This document shows positions 25,047-51,582 of a DNA stretch of 64,000 nucleotides, one piece after another. The position numbers were made by a program, and so were the translations under genes. Each line of letters starts with the position of its first letter. Positions within the stretch are counted from its first letter, which is position 1. The notes beneath the pieces are model-generated. The model saw only the letters and a program-made list of their open reading frames with translations. It ran no database searches and was not told where the DNA came from. This DNA is from Eledone cirrhosa. Its lineage: Eukaryota. The stretch spans positions 27,776,001 through 27,840,000 of the forward strand of contig OZ024752.1 in NCBI GenBank assembly GCA_964016885.1, written 5' to 3'.

Positions 25047-25821
25047 TATTATATATTAAAATAACAGATTAAAGTTTAAGCAAACAATCGCTGATTTCAC
25101 CCTTAACGGGATCTTCTGAAACTAAAAAAATCAATCTGTGAAGGCAGAAGTAAATATTTCGAAAAACATTGCAACCGAAGGAAAACAGGAAGACGATACT
25201 TTGTTTCGTGAAGACCTTCCCTGGCAATGGACGGAAAATAGCGAACATAATACGTCATCAATGTTTGTCATAATGTCGAAATGCAGACACCCGACATACA
25301 GACTGATATTATAAGGGCTCGACGGAGATCGATAACCGGCGCTAACACCCCTTTAACAACAGAAAATTGAAAAATAAAAGCTGCAGTTAATATCTTTAGA
25401 CCGCAAGGAATATATAAATGCAAATTTGATGTCAATCGGAGTAGAAATGTGGATTTGTATAGACTTTGCAAAAGTGAGCACACACACACAGACAACAACA
25501 GTTTTATATATATGTATAGATATCATTGGTGTATAAATACATCATCAATATTCTGTGTTTCTTTTCTATCATTATGAAAAATACGAGTTTGTTATGTGTT
25601 TAGGATTTCGGGGTATGGAGTTTAGCAGGCAAAGGAATATTTTTCAGCGGCAAGACTATATGATCCTTCTTCACAGTTACGGACAAGAACACTACAGTAG
25701 CTCAACTATATAGGAATTGGTGAAACACAAAAATAAATACTCAAGGTAAATAAAGAGTTATAACGAACATATTTCGAGAGGTCAATGTAAATCCAAGCTC
25801 AGCAGATAAGACGAATGACAA

Positions 25822-25853
<32 letters not shown>

Positions 25854-25857
25854 ACAT

Positions 25858-25920
<63 letters not shown>

Positions 25921-25925
<5 letters not shown>

Positions 25926-27070
25926 GAGAAAGTATGACCCTGACGGCAGGGCTCAAGCCGTTTCGACGGCTATTTCTTGAGAGCTTTTTTAGTCTGGCAA
26001 ATAAATGGCCGAACTTTTCAAGGGGTACTTCCCCATATGGGAAGATTGTAGTTGTCAAGAGGGTTGGTCAAAATTAGTAGCAGACACAGAAAAGTCTATG
26101 ATGGCAGTGGGTGCTGGGTGGGGTGGCTGAACTTGCCTGTAGAACAATAGGGGAGTGGGTAGAGCCGGTCAAGCGTTGAAGGTGAAATCTACACGGCGAA
26201 TTCTAAGGAATGTGTATGAAAGTAGGCCAGGGGAGGTAGGCGAAAAAAGGTTTCTTTAGAAAATGGAGGAAGGACGTTATAGAAAAGGTAAATCAAATGA
26301 GATTAGGGGACAAAGAAAAAATATGATAAAAAGAATATAAAAAATGAGTGACTGATATATCAGAATGTAAGATTGGAAAGTGAGAAGTGAAATAAAACAA
26401 AAACTAAGGAGTTTAACACAGCTGCTATATTTAGTTGGTGCTGCTTTTTCGGCCAATGCTATAGAATGGGCTGCTAGATTAGAATTATTGAAAATTTAGA
26501 ATTGGGTATTAAAAATTAATACCACATCTCTGAGGTCTAACACAGCTGCTATGATTAGTTAGTATAGCGTGATCGGCGAATGCTATCTGTAAGTTCCTGG
26601 GATGGGGGTACTGAGGCTAAAAAGCCCGATGGGCTGCCGGCGGGGGGGGGGGGGGTAGGCGAAAGGGAACAAAAAGAAAAAGAAAAACAAAGGAACGAAC
26701 GAGGAAGAAGTCCGGTGGTGGAAAGAAGTGATAGGATAAGACAAAGGGAAGAAGAAAACATAGAGCAAAAGAAAAGGGGTACATCTACCTAAATAAGTTG
26801 GGGTTTTCCCTATCTTATTTGGCAAGTGGGATGTTTCAGCCCTTGTCTACCCACCCGGATCGTTAGGGGGTTTGAGGGCGAGGTAAGTCTTCCGCAATCT
26901 GCGTTTGCATGCAGTTACCAGTTCATCTTTTTTGTTACAAGATGAACTGTTTTCTTATACTTGAATGCGGAGTGATATTTATTCCATATTTTTGTGCTTG
27001 GATATCATGGACTGCTATTTCCATATTAAGTCTACTGAGAATCATAGAATCCTTTCCTTGTTCCTGGAGT
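25921..27070 (-). mobile_element. Degenerate 3' remnant of a second Naiad-like PLE
   Basis: Minus strand 26936-26883 reads NKKDELVTACKRRLRKTY, resembling NKRQELIISCNHKLKKTF at the end of the ORF at 1227. Its terminal segment (25925-25980) resembles 39460-39522 and the fold-back at 61231-61347. Confidence 0.55.
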
Positions 27071-28664
27071 CGAACTTATATATATATATATATATATATA
27101 TAAGTTCGACTCCAGTCGCTGAAATATAATAAACCCCTGGGTTAGTCGAACTTATATAGGCGTGCTATGTAGACTTTAACCATCACCTGAATATAGACCC
27201 ATGTATGAGTATATGTAAATACTTATATAGACACAACTATGCCGTGTTGGTCATGTATTGGCCGATTAAATATATGTAAAAGTGTAATATTTGAAATATG
27301 AATTTAAAAAATAAAGAATTAATGAAGCGCATAAATGTAAGTTTTGTGCAGTGTTGTTTGCCCAGTTTACAGGATACCATATTGTGGTGATGCAGAAAAA
27401 GTAAAGACATGAAGAGGACATTGAACCAGAGGTTGTGATGCAAACACTAGATGGACCAATGGTAAAACGAAGTAAAAGCAGCAAAAAATCAAACTCCTGT
27501 ATTATACTGCAGCAGAAACAAAATGGGTGCTGTAAATATATACAGTCTACGCGTTTGGGATATATAGGAAGGGGAATTCGCATTCACAGCATACAGTGAT
27601 AGTGTGTGAATTGCAAACATAACTGACTCTACCATGTTTGGTGTAGGTGAGTGTAGGTGTGTGTAATGAACCATGTGAAATACGGTTCTAAGTAGTGTGT
27701 AATGTCGCTGAAATTCCTTTAGAACTCTGCCAAGTTTATATTTGTCCATACAAAACTAGATTAAGGCTGATTAGTGTTGATAGTGAGCGTCTGGTGCCAT
27801 TTCTCTTTTAATTTCCATAGGGGGTCTCTCCTCATTTATTGATGTGTATAGAAGTTTGTTTTCATTGCTGTTGTAAATGGAGCGGTCGATAAAATAAGTT
27901 CTAGTAAATAACTGGGGTTAATACAATTGACTTTACCCTTAACCACAAATTGTTGGCCTCATGCCTACATTAGACATTGTTATATATATATAAATGGAGA
28001 ATATGAATGAATTCTCAGTTTGGCCAATATAGTATTTTCGTTTAGTATATATAGTATTTGCTCTCATTGGTGATACACGCTTAGAGTGCAACATACTTGT
28101 TAAGACTGAGACTATGGAATAATGAGATATTTAGGTTGTTACTGCTAAACATTAAGAGTTTGTTTGTTTTGTTGTTGGCTGGTTTTTAGTGCTGATGTGG
28201 GATATGTACTTTGCAAGTTTAGAGGTGCAGCTAAAACAATATTTGAAATTTCTTTTATTAATACAGCTGTGGTATGTATGATAATTGGAAAAAGTGTTTC
28301 AGTATTAAAGGATAGAAGATGTGGGTAATTGGCGGAGTCGTTAGAACGTTGGATAGAATACTTTGCAGTAATCGTTCCAGCTCACTGCTCTCTCAGTTTA
28401 AATCCCACCGAGGTCAACTTTACCTTTCATCCATTCAAGTTAGATAAACTGTACCAATCAAGTGTCATGGTAGATTCTTCCTACATATGTCTTTCTCACT
28501 TCCTTTCTTTTATACTCTATCCTTCTCTGGAAGAAATCTGCTGTATTCAAAACTGGAGAGGAGATTGGCTAGGCCAGGTTTAAAAAATGACCTAGAATTG
28601 CCCTGTGTCAACACAGCGCTCTCGCGACTTCCTCGGGAGTTATCGCATCATACATAGATTAAAG

Positions 28665-28957
28665 CAGACATGGGCAACCTTTTTCGACAATCAGGCCGCA
28701 TGATCTATGGCTCATTATATGGCGGGACGCAAGCGCTAATTTACAATCCTGCCCACATTAAAAAAATGGTGGTAACTCAGGTTGTTTTGATTTGTTTCTT
28801 CAAAATTCGTACACGTTGTTTTCCTCGATCGTAAAAATGATAGAAAGATAAATTACGACTGAAAAGTTGAGGTAAAAAAATCAGAAAGCTTTCACTTAGG
28901 CGACTTAGGCGAGCCATTTAGAAAGCTTGGTGGGCCCCCGCAGGTTGCCCCTGACTG
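28665..28957. mobile_element. hAT (Charlie-like) MITE
   Basis: TIRs cagacatgggcaacct / aggttgcccctgactg; 8-bp TSD gattaaag / cattaaag. Confidence 0.75.
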
Positions 28958-29731
28958 CATTAAAGAATAGAAACATTTGACAAACATCAAACTAAATGAG
29001 TATTGAACAAAATAATTTGTGGTTTTGTTGCTTGTGGGGATTGGATTTGTTAATATATGTTTGCTTTACTTGTGTGCAACGTTATAACATTGCAACGATC
29101 TGTTAAATCCGGCTTTGTATGTGGTTGTACTGAATAAGCTTTGCTTGATATATTTAACTAGATTGTCAATGTAAGAAGAGGAGTGGCTAGTGATATTATT
29201 AAATATTATTAAAGAATAAAAACCTGTCAATGAGTTCCTTGAAATTGGTAAGTGCCTAGCTTTACATCGATGAACGTAACTATTTTTAGATTGTTGTCTA
29301 CTGTGATTCTAAGATTCTAACATTCTTTAAACGCATTAATACAATATAAACCATATTTTGTGTGACGTGCAGCTGAACCAAGGCTATAACTACGCAGATT
29401 TCTAGTGAGACTTCGCAATTCATTGGCATGTGCGAAAACACACAGTAGTCTTTTGATTTCATGGAAAGTAACAAACGCCTAGCATGTAAAATATTATATA
29501 CTGGGTTTGAGATTGAAATACAGCTTTTTACAAATTTGAATACTATTAAGCGTAAGGCTCCGGTGATTGAATGAAATATTTGTTTGCTGTCTTTCTTATA
29601 TATATAAATATATAAGAATAAATAAAAATAAATATATGTATAAATATATAAATAATATAAGCGCCTGAAGATAGGTCCCCATTTTGTTCCGTATATGAAC
29701 ATAAATACCTATTACACACACACACACACAC

Positions 29732-29780
<49 letters not shown>

Positions 29781-29858
29781 GGTAGCTAGGAGCTGAGAAA
29801 CCATGTGCGTCAATCAGTCCTCCTAAATATTTTGAGGTGAAACATACCAATTTTTCTG

Positions 29859-29988
29859 GGTACTTGCTGATGAGAACAGAAGATGGGATTTTTCACTTTT
29901 TCAATTATCGAAACTTATTTGGGTTTTGAAGTTTAAACTTCTCTACGAAACAGGTTTGGATTTTGAAATTTAAATTTGTCAAAGTACC
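29859..29988 (+). ncRNA. Hammerhead-like motif with extended stems II and III
   Basis: ggtactt(g)-CTGATGA (29867-29873)...agaag/cttct...GAAAC-aggtttggattt-tg-aaatttaaattt-GTC-(a)aagtacc; lies in a (TA)n-flanked segment 29778-30235. Confidence 0.5.
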
Positions 29989-30242
29989 ACGGCTATTGCC
30001 AATATGGGTTTGTTTTTATTGATTTATTATTTTAAATCGAGTCAGGCAAACTGTATTAATCTAATTAGTATTTTTCAATCTAGCTAACTTGGTCATTTGC
30101 AATACAAAGACTTATATGATTGTATTAGTGTTTATCATATATATTAATTTATATTAACTTGTATTTCACGGCTCAGAAATACTTCTTTCTTTGAGCTAAT
30201 TAATTGTAAAAGACTGTTTGAGTTTATAACTCTATATATATA

Positions 30243-30342
<100 letters not shown>

Positions 30343-30354
30343 GTGTGTGTATGT

Positions 30355-30730
30355 CTGTCTGTCTAGGGCAGGTAAAATTCCCGAGATCCATGCACAAGTT
30401 CTCTCCAACGGTCTCAGTCCCTCATCATTGCTGACATGTCCTGCGTCTCCAAGAGACCTATGTCTGTCCTTATGGTATCAACATATGTCAATCTCGGTCT
30501 CCCTCTTCTGGTGTGTCCGTGTAGGGGCTCCCACAGGAACACTGAGTGCAGTGTCAACTCCTAATATCGGTGACCATGTCCAGCTAACCTCAGCCTCCTC
30601 TGTGTTACTTTGGAGCTGACTTTTGGGAGGCTCCCGTACAACTCTGAGTTCTTCATCCTCAGAGTATACTGATTAAAGTTCAGAGCCATCCTCGGCATTC
30701 TAGTGTAGCACCCATCCACCATCTGAGTGA
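30355..30730 (-). mobile_element. RTE-clade LINE 3' fragment
   Basis: VDGCYTRMPRMALN...KNSELYGSLPKVSSKVTQRRLRLAGH; its 3' end resembles 22352-22505. Confidence 0.78.
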
Positions 30731-31040
30731 GTATATAGAGCGGCGGGGTTAAGGAACTAACTGCAACGTATACAGAAGGACGAAAGAAAGACAATTGAAA
30801 AAATTAAATTAAGAAATTAAGAGAGGGAAGAGGAGAGAGGAATGGAATGAAATATTGAAAGAGAAGCAACAATTAAAAAACGGTTAATTAAATCTAACTG
30901 AAAGAAGGAACGAAGAATAGAATGAATGAAATTAGTTACAAATAAAGGGAAACGAGAGGAAAGAATAATGGATGAAAAGAAGAATGACTGTGGTGAGAAA
31001 ATAACCATTAAAACAATAGAATACTAATAATATAATTGAA

Positions 31041-31225
31041 GAATGTGGAGTTGGAGTCGTTGAATGTCCCTATTGTATTGAGAGTTAAGTATAAGGGGGC
31101 ATGATTATTTGGTGTGTCTGTTCCAAAAGTAACCATTATTGATTGTAGGTATTAATGATAAGTTCTGGCTTCGCTTCTGTTAATTATTTGTTTAATTAGT
31201 GTATACGATAAAGAGATGAGTCAGA
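31041..31225 (+). promoter_or_regulatory. Conserved non-coding block upstream of gene 2 (candidate enhancer; AP-1 consensus TGAGTCA at 31217-31223)
   Basis: Aligns with 58535-58710 (for example tgattgtaggtattaat is identical) and with 6441-6545. Confidence 0.55.
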
Positions 31226-31386
31226 GGTGAAGAGTGGGGAACAAAAGAAAGAGATAGAGCAGGTAATATACAAACAGGTATTAGTGCTTTTACATACATA
31301 CACACAAACAGATACACACACACTTACACATACACATGCACTAACACATATACACACACAAAAATACACATATATATAAATATATA

Positions 31387-31433
<47 letters not shown>

Positions 31434-32135
31434 ACATGTGTGTGTGTGTGAGTGTGGTCCTGGTTTGCGCATATTCTTAAAATCAATAAAACATGATTTG
31501 AATCCTGCATCAAATTATGAGTCTTAAACTTCAGTCTTTTTCTCTGTTTTACCTTCAATTGTCTAGCATCAATGGCCCTGTAAAAGAACAGACCTCCAAC
31601 AATGACTAGTATTCTTACAAACGAAGAAAACTACTTTCACCAAATCCGCTACGAAACCTCCTCCAATAAACATTGCCCTCACTACCAAATCATCAATCAT
31701 CTTCCGATAAAATATTACACAAAATTACACTCAAAATCAAAGCCGACGCCATCACCAGTATTAGAACCGCCGATAATATTATCTCCACAAAAACTAAAAA
31801 GCATTAATAGATTCACCCCCCCAATTCAATAATAGATCACAATTATTACTACTACATATATCATTAATGTTAAAAGTACAATACGTAATACTACTATTAT
31901 TACTAAGTGGAAGACCACAAACCACCACCCTCACCACACTACCACCTACAACATCACACTCATTGACACTTCTAACAAAAAACCCACTATCAACACAACC
32001 ATAATCACCACTATCACTACTACCATAAAACAGTGTGTATTATGTGTGAAAATTCTATAGGTAGTGGTTATGTTGCACTGAGTGTATGCGGTGTATACGT
32101 GGTAGTTATGTGTGTGGCTATTCAAGTTCCTTCTC

Positions 32136-45293
<13,158 letters not shown>

Positions 45294-45797
45294 AGCAGCA
45301 AAACAAGTGTTACAGTAATAAACAACGGAACATATAAACGAAAAATAAGAACAAGACAAACTATTGCAAGAATAGCAGTAGTAGATGATGGAACTTCATA
45401 AAATTCGAATTTATTCCGATAAATAGGAAACTGTAAAATTTAATTCACATATCAGCAAGTGATAAGATTTTATGAGAATCTAAAAGAAAACGAAACATCA
45501 AAACATTTGAAAAATATACAAGTTCTTAGCGAATTTATATGAAAATATATGAAAATACAACACATATTGCTAATAGAAAAAAATACGAATAATAAAAGCA
45601 TGACTAATAAAAAACATCTAATGTATATGTTTCTAGTTTTCCTTATTACTCTCAAACCTACCCTCCTCTTCATCGTCATCATTATCATTAACTTCATTCT
45701 ATCATCATTTAACTGCATTGTCGATTCTAGCGAAGGTTCGACAGATAGTTACAGCTCATTTAGTACTCAAGCGGAGTAATGACTGGACTGTAACTTA

Positions 45798-45965
45798 CCT
45801 GTAATTTCCCGGCGCCGAAGACGCTTCGTCCTCGAGGACGCACCCTAATTTTGACAACAAAAACTTGAAAAAAATTAATAAACAACCATCGGCCTCCAGA
45901 ACGCATGGTAGATTTTTAGACTTATTTTAAGGAAAAAGTAGCGTCTTCGACACCCGGAAATACGG
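45798..45965. mobile_element. Tc1/mariner-superfamily (Tc2-like) MITE
   Basis: TA-flanked imperfect TIRs cctgtaatttcccggcgccgaagacgct / agcgtcttcgacacccggaaatacgg; a solo TIR lies at ~47620-47650. Confidence 0.62.
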
Positions 45966-46130
45966 TACTGTTCAGACGGGCCGGGGCCTCGCATCCCATT
46001 TACCTAAGTCCACACGCTCTATCGAGTACCGTTATATCATTTCATCAAAACTAGAGATCACAAATTCAGTATATTGCCAAATATACTATATATATACATT
46101 TATGTATACATCGCTATTTCAGAGCAACTC

Positions 46131-46223
<93 letters not shown>

Positions 46224-46307
46224 AATAAAATACAGAGTTATTAACTCATATTGATACCCTGTAATTAACAAGCTCAAAGTATAAATACTGAGCATTATAT
46301 AATATAT

Positions 46308-46702
46308 AGGGAGGTGGATTTGCAGTATCGGTAGAGGGTCGGACGCCATGCTTTGACGCATAGAGTTACGGCCCTTTCCATTCTGAGTTCAAATCCCGAC
46401 GAGGTTAACTTTGCCTTTCATCCTTACGGGGTCGATAAAATAAAGTACCAGTCATGTACTGGGTAATTGCTGGCCTTGTGCCTAAAGTAGAAACAATTAT
46501 ATAATAATATATGGGCGGTGGATTGGCAGTATCGGTAGTGAGTCGGACGCCATGCTTTCCAGCATAGTTACGTCCCTTTACGGTCTGAGTTCAAATCCCG
46601 CCGAGGTTCACTTTGCCTTTCATCCTTACGGGGTCGATAAAATAAAGTACCAGTCATGTACTAGGTAATTGCTGGCCTTGTACCAAAAAGTAGAAACAAT
46701 TA
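46308..46702 (+). mobile_element. Two tandem tRNA-derived SINE copies
   Basis: 46308-46500 and 46512-46702; further degenerate minus-strand copies at ~47085-47230, 57610-57703 and 58300-58435. Confidence 0.87.
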
Positions 46703-48537
46703 TATAATAATATATGTATAAATAAACAGTAAATTCTGTGTCAAAAATTACGAGCGTAGAGAATACCACAATTGTTTTATATATTTAACCTGAAACATAC
46801 AGTAAGATATAACATTTTATATACAGACCGTATCAATAACCATTTTATCTCTCGGACAGATTAGAAATGTAATCTGTTTCGCCCTGAAACAGATTAAATG
46901 TGTTTTGTTTCATTTGATCTTATCTCTCGCTGACGAAAAGCCTACGGATTATCTGTTACAAACACAATTTTCAGGGCATCTCTTCTCCGGGTCTGAATAT
47001 AGTAGATTTCTTCCAGAGAAGAATAGAGTGTAAAAGAAAGGAAGTGAGAAAGAGATATATCGGAAGAATATACCATAATACATGACTAGTACTTTTTTTT
47101 ATCGACTTCGAATGTATTAAAGCGCAAAGTTGACCTCGGCGGGATTTGAACTCAGAGAACAGAGAGCGGAAAAGAATCCCGCAAAGCAGTCTATCCGACT
47201 TCCTAACGAATCTGCCAATTCGCCGCCTTTAAATGTAAACAAACAGAACTTAAACCACAAGCATATGCATATAATCATACAGAAATAATTTTACAGAAAT
47301 CCCACTGGCATTGGTTGAATGAATATATTTTAGGTTTCGCTATAATTCTATAATTCAACTGAGAAAGAATATTAGATGTATTGAAATCCAATATATAACC
47401 CACCAGGGAAGGCCTATTACCTATAGCTTCAGAATGGAATTAAGAATTATCCATATTTTTTCATAATTCTAATTGAAGTGGTTGTGTATTATCTCCCTTG
47501 CGAAACAATTCTTCTTCATTGGTATTAATACAATTACAATTTCTAGGCCGATTATTAATGGCTATATTTATCTTACCACAATTAGAACTGTCTACACACC
47601 TAGCCACATTTCATGTTGCTGAAGCGTCTTCGGCGCTGGGAAATACGGTACTTATCTATACCAAGAAAGCGTCCTAATTCACATCTATTCCTATCTCTGC
47701 AGATTTATCCCAATTATTTAATAAATATACATTATCATTAAATCAATTCCAAAATAAATCCCCGCTATAATTCTTAACACTTGAAAATATCTTCATTAGT
47801 GCAAATATTCAAAATCTTCAATGAAATATTTCTAATGGAAATATTTTTAGTACTTGTGTGGTTTCATTTGGTTTATGACATGAGTACCAGAGATCTGTCG
47901 TTAGACAGCAGATTGAGAGTATAGTAAAAAATCTAGATATTTCTACGAGAAGTAAGACTTCCTTTCTTATCTGTCGTCCGTGGATTACCATACATTTATT
48001 TCTAATAAGAAATCGATATTTTATCTCAAAACAACATATAGACAAATGTGGTCTGTAAAAAACAGCTATATCTGCAACACACATGTTGATATCCAGCAGA
48101 TCCCTAGGTGGCTTCTTTATCCATATCCATTCATATCAAGTTTTCCTAAAAAATACTGGACTTTCTGTCTTACAAAATAACGTATATCTCAAAATCATTT
48201 TATATGTACATATTTCAGCGGCAATAATAGATTATAGTTTACAAAATTTAGGTAATACAAGTTGTTGATATCAAACTGCAAATATTTGGTTCCGTATTTT
48301 GTTTAGCAATTTATTAAAACAATTCATAACTGAGACTGCAATATTATGCACAGTTATTATATGTTAAACCAACTTTATGATTAACTAGGCCACCTGTCAC
48401 CCGTTGAGTCACGTTCACTTCCAAATATTTTTTTAAAAATCATGTTCACTTAAAAATAACTTTTAAATAATTAAAATATACACAGACATGTATATAATGT
48501 GAAATGAAATTGGAAGGCCCATATATATACGTGTGTG

Positions 48538-48581
<44 letters not shown>

Positions 48582-48718
48582 ACATAAACAGAGAAAGCCT
48601 TAAGCGATACTCCGACCAACTCTATCTTACTCAACAAACATTAGGATATACCTAAGTATTATCCCAATTTAGTGTTTGGGTGCGAACTAATCAGTATTTC
48701 ATGGATAGCTGGTTGTAT

Positions 48719-48766
<48 letters not shown>

Positions 48767-48770
<4 letters not shown>

Positions 48771-49428
48771 CGTTTCTGAATTTGTTTAGCAAGATTCTTT
48801 ATCTGAAAACGTGTGTTGAAACGGATATTGTTATACTTTGGGAGGGTCATGTTGCCAATAAGAAAGAAACACACGCACCAGTTGCTTTCACTTCAATTTA
48901 TTATAATAAATTTATAAATTTAGGAATTTATAAATTTCCGGTTGGTTGGTTGGTTCCACAACCAGATGGTTGTTTATATATTGTCAAAGTTCTTTCGTCA
49001 CACATTCTGTTACCTCTTCAGTGACTGGGGATTCTTTTCTTTGTTTTTGTGCCTCTCCTTTGTTCTGTCCTACGCCATCTTGTTTCTGTGTGTGTGTGTT
49101 GTGAGCTCAGTCTGCGCATGCGCCCCATCCGGGTGTCTGTGTGTGTTTATATTCGTTTATTTACTTGTTTATTTACATGTTACTGGTTGGTTGTTTGTTC
49201 TATGTGCGTGTGTGTTTTCATTTTGTCCTTAATTGTAAGTTGTGATGTTGCTGTTCCACTCATGTTTTCTATTTAATTTTGGTTGTAATTCTTTTATGTT
49301 TATTGCCTCTGTGATTTGTCTAAACATTGCGTCTTTTCTGTGTGTTTATAAATTTATTATAATAAATTGAAGTGAAAGCAACTGGTGCGTGTGTTTTTCT
49401 TATTGGCAACATGACCCTCCCAAAGTAT

Positions 49429-49435
<7 letters not shown>
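48767..49435 (-). mobile_element. Second copy of the Nematis-like PLE 3' end with fold-back; hammerhead at 48983-49025 (minus)
   Basis: Highly similar to 6853-8020. Minus strand reads gtca-CTGAAGA-ggtaac...gtgac-GAAA-gaac-TT-tgac. Confidence 0.8.
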
Positions 49436-49495
<60 letters not shown>

Positions 49496-49687
49496 TTGAA
49501 AAAAAATGAAAACGAAATTTCATTTCTCACTCTTAGTATGGCACTTACTTAAATGTAAGTATGTATATATAGACATAGAATATTCGAAAATATTCTGTAT
49601 GTTTATAATAAACATTTTGAAGACCTAATCGCTATAGAATAGAATACGTCACGTATTACAATTAGATTCTCGATAAAAGCAAGGGAA

Positions 49688-49730
49688 GTAATCTACGCGT
49701 TTCATTCTTGTTAGAAATCATCAGGACTAC
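49688..49730 (-). ncRNA. Minimal type I hammerhead ribozyme in a 310-bp unit
   Basis: gtagtc-CTGATGA-t-ttct-aaca-agaa-t-GAAA-cgcg-TA-gattac; palindromic stem III acgcgt. Confidence 0.78.
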
Positions 49731-50092
49731 ATATCCAGTGCTTTTATCGAGAATGACACAGCTAGAGACTTATAGAATACTTAGCTGTGTACAGGAACTG
49801 GTTTGAAAGAGCGGTTGCCGGTCCGGCAGAAATTAGAAATTGGAATAAATGCTCTGAAATAGCGATATATATGTGAATATAGACATAGAATATTCGAAAA
49901 TATTCTGTATGTTTATAATTAGGTCTTCAAAATGTTTATTATAAACATACAGAATATTTTCGAATATTCTATGTCTATATTCACATATATATCGCTATCT
50001 CAGAGCATTTATTCCAATTTGTAAGTATGTATGTATACGTACATACATATATGTATACAGACGTACAGTAGCATGCATATATATATATATAT

Positions 50093-50138
<46 letters not shown>

Positions 50139-50598
50139 GCATACAGGTACACATACATATATGCACGCATCAGTTTAGCCGGCGTTTATTATAACGCCGG
50201 CCGCTTTGTTCGTTTGTTTGTCAACAAAGCGAACAGCCTGAATTTATGCCATACGGTGTTAAGGCAACCACGTCACCTTTTTGTTCAACACTGACACAGG
50301 AACGATGTACTAGTTTCAAGCTTGTTAGCTATCATCAGCACCGTTTACCCATCTGCCAGATAGTTGAACGTTCGAAAGTATATACTTTCCTTATGAAAAT
50401 TAACGGCTGAGCAGCCTAATTTGCATATTGAGTGAGTTAAATCGGTCAGGCATACCGAAAACGATAAGTTGAAAAAAATGAAAACGAAATTTCATTTCTC
50501 ACTCTTAGTATGGCACTTACTTAAATGTAAGTATGTATGTATACGTACATACATATATGTATACAGACGTACAGTAGCATGCATATATATATATATAT

Positions 50599-50644
<46 letters not shown>

Positions 50645-51104
50645 GCATACAGGTACACATACATATATGCACGCATCAGTTTAGCCGGCGTTTATTATAA
50701 CGCCGGCCGCTTTGTTCGTTTGTTTGTCAACAAAGCGAACAGCCTGAATTTATGCCATACGGTGTTAAGGCAACCACGTCACCTTTTTGTTCAACACTGA
50801 CACAGGAACGATGTACTAGTTTCAAGCTTGTTAGCTATCATCAGCACCGTTTACCCATCTGCCAGATAGTTGAACGTTCGAAAGTATATACTTTCCTTAT
50901 GAAAATTAACGGCTGAGCAGCCTAATTTGCATATTGAGTGAGTTAAATCGGTCAGGCATACCGAAAACGATAAGTTGAAAAAAATGAAAACGAAATTTCA
51001 TTTCTCACTCTTAGTATGGCACTTACTTAAATGTAAGTATGTATGTATACGTACATACATATATGTATACAGACGTACAGTAGCATGCATATATATATAT
51101 ATAT

Positions 51105-51156
<52 letters not shown>

Positions 51157-51323
51157 GCATACAGGTACACATACATATATGCACGCATCATTTTTTTCAA
51201 CTTATCGTTTTCGGTATGCCTGACCGATTTAACTCACTCAATATGCAAATTAGGCTGCTCAGCCGTTAATTTTCATAAGGAAAGTATATACTTTCGAACG
51301 TTCAACTATCTGGCAGATGGGTA

Positions 51324-51368
51324 AACGGTGCTGATGATAGCTAACAAGCTTGAAACTAGTACATCGTT
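51324..51368 (+). ncRNA. Minimal type I hammerhead ribozyme (identical copies starting at 51836, 52344, 52864, 53374, 53892 on plus; 50301-50345 and 50807-50851 on minus)
   Basis: aacggtg-CTGATGA-t-agct-aaca-agct-t-GAAA-ctag-TA-catcgtt: 7-bp stem I, intact core, palindromic stem III actagt, predicted cleavage after GUA at 51361. Confidence 0.87.
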
Positions 51369-51530
51369 CCTGTGTCAGTGTTGAACAAAAAGGTGACGTG
51401 GTCGCCTTAACACCGTATGGCATAAATTCAGGCTGTTCGCTTTGTTGACAAACAAACGAACAAAGCGGCCGGCGTTATAATAAACGCCGGCTAAACTGAT
51501 GCGTGCATATATGTATGTGTACCTGTATGC

Positions 51531-51582
<52 letters not shown>

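Larger units (their letters stand above)
23134..25520 (-). mobile_element. Non-autonomous Helitron (outer)
   Basis: Minus-strand 3' end ccgtgcaacgccggg...CTAG|T at 23134; minus-strand 5' end A|TCTATACATATATATAAAA followed by (TG)n at 25520. Pairing these two ends into one element is inferred. Confidence 0.6.
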
